Assembly: GCA_013265495.1 (NCBI GenBank)
Contig: MU058584.1
Location: 7,902,407-7,966,406, forward strand
From: Vicugna vicugna
Taxonomy: Eukaryota
Length of the DNA stretch: 64,000 nt
Direction: 5' to 3'
Each line of letters opens with the position of its first letter. Within the stretch, counting starts at the first letter, position 1. This document shows positions 13,060-24,545 of this stretch, piece by piece. Made by a program: the position numbers and the translations under genes. The notes below the pieces were generated by a model. It was not told the origin of the DNA, ran no database searches, and worked only from the letters and a program-made list of their open reading frames with translations.

Positions 13060-13790
13060 TTTCTTTTCCTAATGAATAGAGGGGAGATTAAAGACACTCA
13101 AATAGCTAAGTCAATTTTGAAAAAGAAGAGCAAAGAGGGAAATGTTTGCCATATTATCTCTACAAAGCCATAATTACGAAAACCATATGACTCTGGTATT
13201 GGAATAGAGAAATAAATCAATGAAACAGAAATAAGAGCCCAGAAGATTCAACTGTATGTATAAACTTGATACATGAAAAGTATACCACTCTAATTCAGTG
13301 GGGGAAAGTACGGATTGTGTTGGGAAAACTGGTTCACACATGGAGAAAAACAAAGATGGACCCATTTCATATCACAAAGGTGAACTCCAGATAGATTCAA
13401 GGCTAAAAATGAAATTTGTGATGATGGAGAGAAGACATTTGCAATGTCTAAAAGTAACAATGGGTTGATATCCATAATATAAAGTACAAGGAGATCCTGT
13501 GAATCAACACAAAAGATAAGAAACCCAACTGAAAAATGGGTGTGGTGTACGAACAGGAAATATACACACAGAAAGGAAGACCTCACAAGAAATCAGAAAA
13601 AGAAGATTAATAGGCAAGGCAATATGAATTCATATCCATAGCATTTTGTAAAAATTAAAAAGATTGATAGTACCAAGTAGGGATGAAGATATGGGATAGG
13701 TCATCATGAAGTTGGGATTGTGTCAAGGGATTCAGCCACTCAGATGAGCAGCCTGGAAGTATTAAGTGAAAGTAAATATGTAAGGTGAAT
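13060..13790 (+). mobile_element. Old L1 (L1M-type) ORF2 remnant, host of the younger insertions
   Basis: A-rich degenerate L1 ORF2-like text (AATAGCTAAGTCAATTTTGAAAAAGAAG, AACCCAACTGAAAAATGGG). Similar sequence occurs at about 10970-11120 and 11660-11820. Confidence 0.7.
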
Positions 13791-14414
13791 ATTTGTGAAT
13801 GAAACTTCAGCTAGGAGGGTACTGGGGCCTTTGCTTTCTTCTGGGGGTAATCAGAAGGTTTGGCCTTTCTGTTTACTTGGCAGCTACTCTTAGAATTCTC
13901 CTTCAGAGTTGTGGAGATTCACGGCTGCTCTTTTCACCACGAACCACTCTACGCTACTGCTGAATCACATCTAGAGCTCTGGGCCACAGTCCACTGTGTC
14001 AGCTGCTCTGCCAAACCCCTGGAGGGATTGGAAGAGACAGGACTCACTTTTCCTTACTACCCTCTCCTTATAACCTCTGTGCAACTAACATGCTAAGTTG
14101 GGGACGCATACTTGGAGTATGTTTACTAAAGAATCAGGACAATTTCTAAAGGGAATTGCAATGCTAGAGGAACCATAGTTAAAGATCATTTATATTTTCA
14201 TCTAAGGAGTTAATTTGTACAAGGTGGGTTCTCTGATTTGGTCCTGTGCTTAAATTTGCTCCCAGGTGTCATGCACATCCCTTTAAATCTGTACAACAGG
14301 CAATCCTACCCCTTTTCCTGAAAAAAATCACTAGCTCTGACCTTTTCTTCCCCTTCCATCAATTATCTCATTTCCTTGCCTAAAACCTTTTGTTGGAAGG
14401 GATCTATCTATCTA

Positions 14415-14880
14415 TCTCACATCTTTTTTATCCATTTATCTGTTGATTGATATTTTTGTTGCTTCCATGTTTTGAGTCTTGTAAGTAGTGCTGCTATGAC
14501 CATTAGGGTGCATGTATTTTTTCAAGTTATTTAGAGTTTTTGTCTTTTCTGAATATGTGTCCAGAAGTATGATTGCGGGATCATTTGGTAACTCTATTTT
14601 CAGTTTTTTAAGGAACCTCCATACTGTTCTCCATAATGGCTGCACCAATTTACATTCCCACCAACAGTATAAGAGGGGTCCTTTTACTCTACACCCTCTC
14701 CAGCATTTATTCTTTGTAGACTTTTGATGACGGCCATTCTGACTGTGAGCGGTGATACCTCACTGTAGCTTTGATTTGCATTTCTCTGATAATCAGTGAT
14801 GTTGAATATTTTTTTCATGTGTCTATTAGCCATCTGTACGTCTTCATTGGACAAATGTCTATTTAGGTCTTCAGCTCATA
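14415..14880 (-). mobile_element. LINE-1 ORF2 3' fragment
   Basis: Minus-strand peptide [25 protein letters not shown]. Confidence 0.9.
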
Positions 14881-15990
14881 TCATTTTTATTGAGTTATTT
14901 CAGGATGCTTTAAGTGTTTTGTATGGTTGTATGTATGGTGGAGTTCTTAAACTGACATTTTCTGCTTATTATAATTATAAACTTTAGATTTACCATTCTT
15001 TAAATAACTTTGAAGAAAGCTATATGTCAGTTCAAAATCTACCCCCCTGTAAAAGACAGTGAGAACCTCATGCTGTCATTCTGGTCTCATCTGTCGCCCT
15101 GTTTCATGAGAGGAGAGGGAGATGTGGGCTAAAAGTGCCTGGAGAGGAGGGAGTGCCAGCTGTTGGAGTCTGACTGCAAAGAGCCTCGTGGGTCGCACTG
15201 AGAGCTCTGGAACACTCCCGGAATCACACCTTCCAGCAGAAGGTTTTAGGCAAGGAAGTGAGATCACTGAATCCATTTTTACGAGCATCATTCTTATAGC
15301 GTATTGTAGGGTGACTTGGGCTTGGGAAAGGCCAGGCCGGGGAGACCAGTTAGGGTGTCATGGCAATGTTTCAGGGGAGAGATAAGAAAAGTCTGACCTC
15401 AGGCAGTAACAGGAGGGAGACAGTGTGCTGATGTGGGAAACAGGTCTCAGGTAAAGTCAACAGTTCCTGGAGGAGAGGAAGAGAGTGGAGCTGAATTTGT
15501 CACCAGAAAGAGTGACCTCAGGTGAAACAGGCTGTACTAGGAATGAGGGAGCGGTGGGCGGAATGTGGCAAGGAAGTAAGTTTGGTGTTGGTTTGGTTCA
15601 GGTGGAGGACCAGAATAATAGGCACGGAAATGCCAAAGCACAATGTAAAAATGAATAAAATTTCAGAAGGAGAGCCTTTTAATAAAATAGGAAATAGGGG
15701 TTTAGGGAGGTTTCCATGGTTGATGTGGAGCTGAGCCCTTGGGAATTGTTTGTTTGTAAATGGTATTTGAAGCAGGAGTAATGCGTGAAGTCAGCCCGGG
15801 TAGAGCCCCATCTTTAGTAAGCAAACAAACGAGCAGGACCATCAGTTAAATTTGAACTGCAGGTTAAAAAAAAAACAAATAATTTTTAGCATGCTCCATG
15901 TAATGTTTAGGACATAATTGCCCTAAAAACTGGTTATTGTTTGAGATTCAAACTGAACTGGGCACCATGTACTACATCTGACAACTGTAA

Positions 15991-16322
15991 CAGAGGTTGC
16001 AAACAGAAGCACCCATGGGGACCAGGAAGGGGCCATTTCACTCGGTAAGGTGCTGTGTGAGACATAGTGGAGGGTGTGCAGGCTGGGCAACTGGGGCACC
16101 CATGTCCGTCCAGGGGGGCAGCTGCCACCCAGCTCCAGCTGACTGGGTTTGCAGAGATGGCCTCTAGACTGCCTAATATTCTATTGTTTCAAAGTAAAAT
16201 ATAAATATATATATAATTCCAATTTTTAAAGGGGACAATCGATGGAAAGAAATGACACTGTGAGGCACAAAGGAGGACTGTCGGCTCCATAAGGCACATG
16301 GGCCACTGGTTTGCAACCTCCG
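15991..16322. mobile_element. hAT-Charlie MITE (MER102-like) in the FASLG upstream promoter
   Basis: Terminal inverted repeats CAGAGGTTGCAAAC / GTTTGCAACCTCCG (13 of 14 match), about 330 bp long. Confidence 0.7.
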
Positions 16323-16689
16323 GTCTCATCTCTGCAGAGTGGGTGGGGCAGGTGTTTCACGGCAGATTACAGGGGCTTTGCAGTGTCAGGGTGAATACTA
16401 CTTGCGTGTGGGGAAGGGATGACAGCAGGGGGGTGATTCCCTCCTGCAAAAGGTAAGAGATAAAAGCGATTCCTCTGGCCGCGACTCCCTGGTCTCGCCC
16501 TCAGTGCCTGAACGGGCCCCACCGGTCACTCTCCCCATCGCTGGGCAGTGGCCAAAGCCCGCAGGGCTGCACTGATGGATGCTGATGCTACCTGCTCTCA
16601 CGGGGCCAGAGGAAGGCGAGCTCACCCCACCAGGCTTTCAGGTCACAGGGCGGCAGCGATTGGGGTTTTTGAAAGCTTTCATCAGAAAA

Positions 16690-16850
16690 TTGTGGGCGGA
16701 AACTTCCCGGGGTTTGCTCTGAGCTTCTTGAGGCTTGTCAGCTTCAGGTGCCAAGTGAGTGGGTGTCTCTTTGAGAAGCAGAAAGAGAGCAAGACAGAGA
16801 TAACGAAACAGAGGTGTTTCCCTTGGCTCTGGAAACTCTATAAAGAGAGG
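16690..16850 (+). promoter_or_regulatory. FASLG proximal promoter
   Basis: GGGCGGAAACTTCC Sp1/NFAT composite (16694-16707); AAGTGAGTGGGTG Egr-type element (16753-16765); AGGTGTTTCCC kB-like site (16812-16822); GGAAA then TATAAA (16839-16844), about 130 nt before the ATG. The order matches the described human/mouse FasL promoter as I recall it. Confidence 0.85.
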
Positions 16851-16969
16851 GCCAGCTCCCTTCTCTTGAGCAGTCAGAAACAAGAGCCCCGTCCTTGACA
16901 CCCGGGCCTCCGCAGGATTGAGAAGGAAGAAAACCCTTGGCCGGGGGCTGGCCCGAGTCACTGGCTGCC

Positions 16970-17323
16970 ATGCAGCAGTCCCTGAATTACCCGTACCCCC
17001 CAATCTTCTGGGTGGACAGCAGTGCCAGCTCTCCCTGGGCCTCTCCAGGGTCGGTCTTCCCCTGTCCACCCTCTGCGCCAGGAAGGCCTGGGCAAGGGAG
17101 GCCACCACCGCCGCCACCACCACCAACACCACCAACACTACCGCCGCGGCCACCACCACCACTGCCTCCACTACCACTGCCACCTCTAAAGAAGAGGAGG
17201 GACCACAGCACAGGCCTGTGTCTCCTTGTGATGTTTTTCATGGTTCTGGTGGCCCTGGTTGGACTGGGGCTGGGGATGTTTCAGCTCTTTCACCTGCAGA
17301 AGGAGCTGGCGGAACTCAGAGAG
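16970..17323 (+). CDS. FASLG: Fas ligand coding exon 1: cytoplasmic tail, proline-rich domain, transmembrane helix (118 codons)
   Basis: GCTGCC-ATG start; translates [23 protein letters not shown]...poly-Pro...[45 protein letters not shown], the characteristic FasL N-terminus and type II TM segment. Donor GAG|GTAAGC at 17324, phase 0. Confidence 0.98.
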
Positions 17324-17827
17324 GTAAGCTGCCCAGTGGATGGCTGTGTCCTGGCCGCACGGGCTTAAGACAGTCCTGCTAGAGTGGAGGGTGGATGGCC
17401 ACAGTGGTCCATACGGACCACAGGCTTGCTTGAAAAGTACTTTGCAGTCCCTTTTTTCCCATCTTAGAAATAAGTCAATCTAGCTTTCCTATTCTGTATG
17501 CAGAGAAATGGAGGCTCAGATGAATGAAAGTTTTTTGTATCTTGGGATGGATCAGGGCCAGAATAGGACTGGCAGCTACACTTCTCCCTTTCTCAGTTAG
17601 AAGTGAATTTGTGGAAGTGGGCAAGCTAAATTTTCTTGAAAGTACTTACAAATATTGAAACTATTCCAAATCACAAAACTGAGGCATGGCTGGAGAGTTT
17701 CTAAGTTAGAAGAGGTTCTATTGTGTTTCGATTTCCTCCCCAGTGCTTCATTTGCTTGACCATCCTGCCTCCTTTGCTTAAAGAACTTCGTATTTATTAT
17801 ACACCTTTTCTCTTTCTCTTTTGCCAG

Positions 17828-17873
17828 TCCACCAGCCAAAGGCAAACAGCCTCATCTTTGGAGAAGCAAATAG
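17828..17873 (+). CDS. FASLG: Fas ligand coding exon 2 (46 nt): stalk with metalloprotease shedding region
   Basis: Long pyrimidine tract then CCAG acceptor; encodes STSQRQTASSLEKQI(G); donor AG|GTGAGT at 17874. Frame continues from exon 1. Confidence 0.96.
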
Positions 17874-19399
17874 GTGAGTCCTTATAGGCACGTACATTGA
17901 GTTTCTAAAGCTAGTCCTCAGTGCTGAACCATGTTGATGGCATGCCTTGAATTCCATCTCATTCTTGGGCAACTGTACACTACTAGAGGAATGCTAACCA
18001 ATTCTGAACCACTGGTCATTTGGGGTGTTTGAGCTGCCCTAAAATAGAAAGTGAATTTAACTGCTCAAAGATCAGTGTAGTGGAGTCTTGCACACAATTC
18101 AAAATAATTCCTACTTGACTTTGGAAAGAGAAACACACATGTACAACCCTGGGCCTTTGCCCCCCGAGCAGCTGGCTCCAGGCCTGTCCCTTTCCTCAGG
18201 CCTCTTGGTTCCCAGGCACAGGGCAGTGGCTATAACACCTCGAGAGGTGTGGGTAGAGACAACTGTTGGTGGAAGAGATCTTCCTCACCTCTTTAAACTC
18301 TCTAAGAGACTACCTAAAAGCCAAGTCTTATTAATTTTTCTCATAGGATGTATTTAAGCTTTAAAAATGTGAGCAACCAACCACCCACATTAGGACGGTT
18401 CTTTTGCAGCCACTGAAAAGCTTGAAGGAAGACTTTAGCCATTATTCAAAGGGGCAGACCGCTTCCCTCACAGAGGCAATGAACTGCCTTCAGTAACAAA
18501 GGGAGATCCTTTGTTTGAGATCTAGCACAGGAAAAAGATGAAAGTGTTCAACACTGACCTCCTGAAGTTTCAGGACATAGTTTGGGAAACTGTGGACAGA
18601 TAGGTTTAGAATACTCCAGCTCATTAAACTAAGAGTCATTGAACTTCAGATGTGGTAAGAGTTGGAAAAAAGCTTAAAGAACATCTGGTCCAGTCATCTC
18701 TTTTTTCAGAAGAGAAACAAAATGCCAGATGGAATAGGTGATGTGCCCAAGGCCACTGCTGTGGAAATGGGGCTAGAAGGAACATGGGATCCCAGTGCCT
18801 TGTCACCTACAGGGCTTCCAGCACGTGCTCTGTTTCCTCATGAAATAGGGGAAGTCCTATTTCTCTAAGATGGTCATGGAATGAGAAATAAAGATGGCAA
18901 GCAAGATGCCTCTGTGAAGACAATAGGTAAATCTTATCCTTAGAAATTGGGAAGAAAACAGAAAATAGCACTGGCCATCCAGTAAGGGGTGCCTGTTCCA
19001 ATTTCTCAGGATGTGCCTAAAGCAGGTGACTCAAGTCACCCTATTGCCCTAGGAGGTAAGCTCTTAGCAGACACCATCCTTAGGATCCTCCAGTTTCTAG
19101 TTCTGAGTCTGAAATTCCCGATGTGCCCAAGCAGATCAGAAATACTTGTTAGAACAATAAAACCTCTGGAGGATTTCTACAATAAGATAGCTTTGAAAAC
19201 CAGTGGAATGTGGCTGGTAAAATGGGCACCCAGTTACTTATCTTTCACCCACTCTCTGGAGCCATTTTAGTGATTTAAAGTCAAGGGAACAGATGAGTCA
19301 GGTCTACCCATCCCACTAGTCCACGATCTTCCCTAGATCAACCCCAATGGACCAGGAAGTGGTGAGTTATCACATGGAAATCAAAACAACAACTTTACT

Positions 19400-20030
19400 A
19401 TTAAGAGATGCAAATTTTAAAGAGGGATGCCCACTTCTATCCATCAAATTAGTAAAGATTAAAAAAACAAACAAACACAGATTGGTAGTAAGTGTGAGAG
19501 AAAAAGGTCTGCTTAAACTTTAGTTGACAGTCAGTGAGCATGTAAATTGCTAGACCTTTTCTGAAGAGCAGCTGGGAAAAATATATCAAAGGATTGAAAC
19601 TGTGCACTTACCTTGTAATCTTATCATCGAGACTTTATCTGAAGAAAATAAAGGTGTGCCGGAAAATTTATACGTAAGAATGTCCATCACTTCCTCGTAA
19701 GGCTATTTATAATAAATAATTCTGAGGAGAATTAAATGCCTCTTAATAGGAAATTAGTTAAATACATTATATTCAGATGAGAGCATAATATATAGCAACT
19801 AAAAACTATATATTACAAGGACATTTAATGCGATAGAAATGGTGCATTCTCTATTGTTAGGTAAAAAGAAAAGTTATAAAAAGTATGTTTAGTTTAATAT
19901 TGAACCAATGCATATGCACACTTCTGTATTCTCAGTAAAGAGCTAGAAGAATTTATGCCCCAACAGATTAACTATGATTTTCTCTGGGAGGTACTATTGT
20001 TGATTATTTAAACTTTTTCATTTGCGTCTC
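19400..20030 (+). mobile_element. Ancient L1 (L1ME-like) 3' remnant in intron 2
   Basis: Degenerate CCATCAAATTAGTAAAGATTAAAA...GTAAATTG...CTTTTCTGAAGAGCA and an L1ME-like 3' UTR. Confidence 0.65.
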
Positions 20031-21988
20031 TGTCACTTTTCATTCTTCCACAGTTAACTCATTACATCGCTTATTCATTCACAAATATTCTTGGAGTGCT
20101 TCCTGTGCGCCATGCTGGCTGTTGGGTGGTGGGTGATGACTGAGAACCAGAGACAAGGGGCCTGGCCTCAGGGAGCTCTTAGCATACTAGAGGCGAGAAA
20201 CAAAAGCAAGCACTCAGAAAACGCAATTTCAAATTTCAAATTGTACTAAGTGCGACCTAAGATAACAGTGATCTGAAAAGTCCCCTCTGAGGGGGTATTG
20301 TTACTGCGGGTGTGTGTAGATGTGTGAGTGGGGTAAGAGGACCGAAAAAAGCATCCCAGCACTGAGAATGGCATGTGCGAAGACCCTGGGGCAGGAAACA
20401 GTCATCACCAAAGGGTAGGATGTATTTCTAGTTGATTTATTCTAGTATGTATCCGGCAGGTATTTTGATTGAGCGCCTTCTACGAGAAGGACACTGTACA
20501 AGGCTCTGTGAGGGATACAGAGATGTGCAACATGTGGTTCTCTGTTCCATTTCCTGTCAGCTCCTGGCTGGGTGCCAGATTAGCTAGCTGCACAGACAGT
20601 TTGTGGTGTAGGACTGCAGAAGAGACTCAGTTTTGCCTTTCCTGTTCACTAACACCTCATCCATGGTGGGTGGTCTTGGGCGGCTGCAGAGGTAATGATT
20701 GCTCATGTAATAATTTCAGTTAACTGAGCATTCTCATGCCACATGTGAGTTTTACAGGCTAATCACAAGGAGCCTGATGTGGATGAATGCCTTTCTATGA
20801 ATCTTTCTTGAACGTCTTAGCTGAATTCATTAGCTAAGTGGTAGGGCTATTCTGCTGAAATATCTAAAGTCAGAGGCAGAGTGTCTATTTTGAGAACCGT
20901 TGTCCATTTTAAATCTCTCAGTTTAATTTAGCAAACATTTACTGGTCACATGCCCTGTGTTAGTAACCGCGCTAATTACTCTGGTGGATTAAATATATAG
21001 GAAGAAATTGGCCATGTATTTGGTGGAATAAGGCTAGTTATGTAGTTACCACAACAAAAGAGGAGTCAGAACTGACAAGAGAGATGAAGACAGAGTGATT
21101 CTAGGTTTCAAAGGAGGGAAAACTCATATGTGATTAGAAAGGCTTGGGAGGGTTTCCCAGAGAAAGAGATGTTTTAGATGCCATATATAAGATACGTGTA
21201 AGGAATCTGACGCAGAGGTCTGTTTGGAAGGGCATTCCAGGCAGAAGGAACAGCATGGACAAAGGCACAGTGGCAGGGAAGCTGGGTATGTTCAGAACTA
21301 TTGTGTGGCTATGTTCAGGATGAGCGAGTAGGTGAGATAAGGCTGGACAGATAGGCAGAGACCAGGTGGTGGGGGAACTTGTCCACAGTTAACATGTTCA
21401 GTGAGGAGCCATTAGAGATGTTTGAGACCTTAGGATAATTAATTTGGGGCAGATTGTAGAATGCCTCTGAGGAAGCCCCAGTGGCCAGGAGATGCATTAG
21501 GAGTCTTCTTCTGCCTTTGTCAGATTCCTAAGGGCAGAAGAGCTAGAGTGGACCGGGCCCTGGATTTGGAGTCAGGAGACCTGAGTGTGGGTCTCACTCT
21601 GAGGCTGAGTAGCCAGGTCTTCCTGGACAAGTCATTTTGCCATCTGTAGGATGGGACAATAATCTGTACCTCCATGGCTTGTGGCAAGCTCCCAATGCAG
21701 TAACTGACATGACAGGTCTTTATAAGCCAACCTTTATGCTGTTTTATTGGAACGTTGTGATCTAGGCGTATGTCTGTCTTAATGGGGTTCCTTTTCTACC
21801 TCTCTGTTTCTGAAACGCAGGCTGCTGTGAGTCCTACAGTTCAGACTTGCGTGACTAGCATATGTTAGACTGTTGTCATTTATGCTTTTAAAAGAGCCTC
21901 TTTTATTTAAATGCCCTGTTTAGAGCCCCACAAACAGAATAGTTTTTATCTCATTTTTATATATATCTTTCATCTCTCTATGATACAG

Positions 21989-22045
21989 GTCACCCCCATC
22001 CACCCTCTGAGAAAAGAGAGCTGAGGAAAGTGGCCCATTTAACAG
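21989..22045 (+). CDS. FASLG: Fas ligand coding exon 3 (57 nt): self-assembly region and start of TNF homology domain
   Basis: Acceptor TACAG; encodes (G)HPHPPSEKRELRKVAHLT(G); donor AG|GTTGGT at 22046; phase 1-1. Confidence 0.96.
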
Positions 22046-23259
22046 GTTGGTATCTGGAAGGTGGGCTTGGGAAAGCCTTTGGCAGAAAGTGGAAGAGCTG
22101 CTTGGTTTCCTTGATTGTGCTCTGGGGGAGTCGTTACTTTCCACTGACGGGATTTGAAGCGCAAGAGGAGTCCCATCTTTCTGGTCACGTCGACCTCACA
22201 CACACGTTGAGCCCCTACTCTGGGCAAGGCCCTGTTCTAAACTAGAGAAATGATCCCTGCCCGGAAGGACCTCACTCTTTCCAGTCATTCTAAGGACCCT
22301 TAGGGAATTTGGGGCACAGGTCCAAGAGGTGAGAGCTGGGAAGGTGGGGAACGATGAATATTTTTAGTCAGCGTTTCCCTGGTTTTCCGGAAAAGCTTCA
22401 CTCTGCTTTGTCCAGGAGCAGAAATAGGAGAAGGGAGGTGCAGCCCTGGTACTAGTGGTTGTGTAGTGGAGTGAAATGATTCAATAGCAACATGAGACGA
22501 GTACTCACAGTACAAAGTCCATAAATATCTGAAAAGTGGATAAGTCTCAGAAAGTGGTGTGCTGCTGTCCCTGAAATTATTTTGTCAGAGGCTGTAAAAT
22601 GATCCAATTTAGATCTACAGACATTTCTTGAGCACATGCTTTATGCCAAGCCTGGGGGACATGGGAGATGAATAACACATGGCTCAAGGAGCTTAAAATT
22701 TAATAGGGAGAGACAGGTCCCTAAGCAATAATTTCAGCATTTTCTACTTAAGGGGTGCACACAATGCTGTGGGGACACAAAAGGAAGAGGATTTTAGCCC
22801 AAGCTGAAGAATTCTTAGTGTAGGCGAAGAGTTGAACCAGATGATTCCTAAGGTCCTTCCCAACTTTAGAACTTCAGAGTTCCTTGGATTTGGCTTTTGC
22901 TCTCATGAAAGGACCTCAAACCCTAGCAGTCTGGGGGGCTAATTCTGCGTATCACAGAATCTTTGTTCCGGAAAGCTAAAATCATCTCAGTCATTTCTCA
23001 CTGCCGTTGATCAGGGGTATATGCTCTGGTACCAGTTGTGTAGATGATAAAGTTGAGGAGGTCAATTTGATAAAGGTGTTGAAGAAATTCAGTGATAAAT
23101 CAGTTCTGACCCATCACCCAGTTCTACACGGGCTGTGTCATTTTGGGTTGAAAAAAAAAAACAACATTTGCTAAGGGATGGTCCATTTTGCCTTGAAAGC
23201 TTGGTTTGTGGGACGCATGAGCATTCCTGGCTGTAAGCTCCTCTCTGACTTGATTTCAG

Positions 23260-23654
23260 GCAAGCCCAGCTCAAGGTCTATCCCTCTGGAATGGGAAGAC
23301 ACCTACGGAATTGCCCTGGTCTCTGGGGTGAAGTATAAGAAGGGCAGCCTTGTGATCAATGACACTGGGCTGTATTTCGTGTATTCCAAGGTGTACTTCC
23401 GGGGCCAGTCCTGCAACAACCAGCCCCTGAACCACAAGGTCTACATGAGGAACTCTAGGTATCCCCAGGACCTGGTGCTGATGGAGGGGAAGATGATGAA
23501 TTACTGCACTACTGGCCAGATGTGGGCCCGCAGCAGCTACCTGGGGGCTGTGTTCAATCTCACCAGTGCTGACCATTTATATGTCAATGTATCTGAGCTC
23601 TCTCTGGTCAATTTTGAGGAGTCTAAGACTTTTTTTGGCTTATATAAGCTCTAA
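23260..23654 (+). CDS. FASLG: Fas ligand coding exon 4: TNF homology domain, ends at TAA
   Basis: Acceptor TTTCAG; encodes [56 protein letters not shown]...[12 protein letters not shown]-family signature, two cysteines, sequons NDT, NLT, NVS. Exon lengths sum to 852 nt = 283 aa + stop. Confidence 0.98.
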
Positions 23655-24545
23655 GAAAAGCACTTTGGGAGTCTCTCCATTATGGTTCCCTGTTACAAGC
23701 ACTGAGAATGTTATCTTGAATGAGGGTCTTCCTGAGTCCACTTGAGGTCAAGAGAGAAGACATCAACCAAGAGGATCTTGAGACCACAGGGTCCAGCAGG
23801 TCCAGGATTCCTCATCTCACCTGAGGTTCATGAGCCCGACAGGAGGAGGACTGTGACTGATGAGCGTGACACTCGGGGCTGCCATGTGAAGATGCAGAGG
23901 CAGGGAAAAGCAGCTACCAGGGAGTTCTTCACTCATCTCAAGTGGCCAAGAGCATTTTGGCACATTGAAAAGGACATCGTTTAACTCACCTTTTGGGGTG
24001 GGTCTGTTGTCTACCTCAGGGGAGGCTGTCTTTCACATATATGGATGCATGTGAGTGTATAAGGGATGGAAAAAGAGGACTAGGCTTGCGTGATAAGCTA
24101 AAGAGACTGAAAGGCCAGTGTCCCACTGGCAGCATCTTTACTTTTAAATGCATAGCCTGAGCCTCCACGTGATGCTAACGGAGAAGCAAGGGACTTAAGC
24201 CATTCCGTATACAGCATGTATATTTCTAGTGCAATGGTAGGAGTGTGTGTGTGTGTGTGTGTGAGCGCGTGTGCTATGTGACCAGAAGAGTTACATATGT
24301 AGAGAGAACATGCAGATTGTGAAGGACATGTGAGAAAAAATGAATTACATGTGGTGGTAGATTTTGAATGCTTTTTGGCAACCAACTCTAATAGTCCTCA
24401 AAGCTGTTTGAATGTTAGTTATTAATGCTGTTTTCCCATAATATAACCAATATTTATATATACTTTATGCATTTTTAATGAAAGGGATACATGTAACAAA
24501 AACTATATTTTAGAATACAGATAAACATTATGAGTGTCCTTTTTG
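23655..24545 (+). other. FASLG 3' UTR (3' end approximate)
   Basis: Follows the stop codon; contains a GT repeat, an AU-rich stretch (TATTTAT 24451-24457), clustered variant poly(A) hexamers at 24440-24525 and a GT/T-rich element at 24533-24546. Confidence 0.6.
24243..24263. repeat. (GT)n microsatellite in FASLG 3' UTR
   Basis: About 10 GT units read directly. Confidence 0.95.

Noticed and set aside
16937..16969. N-terminal extension of FasL in the ORF track
   Set aside because: The track starts at TTG. The first ATG at 16970 has a good context and gives the known MQQ start.
16638..17382. Alternative-frame and antisense ORFs over exon 1 (181, 154, 84 aa)
   Set aside because: These are shadows of the CCA-rich proline codons, giving poly-Val, poly-Thr and poly-Gly.
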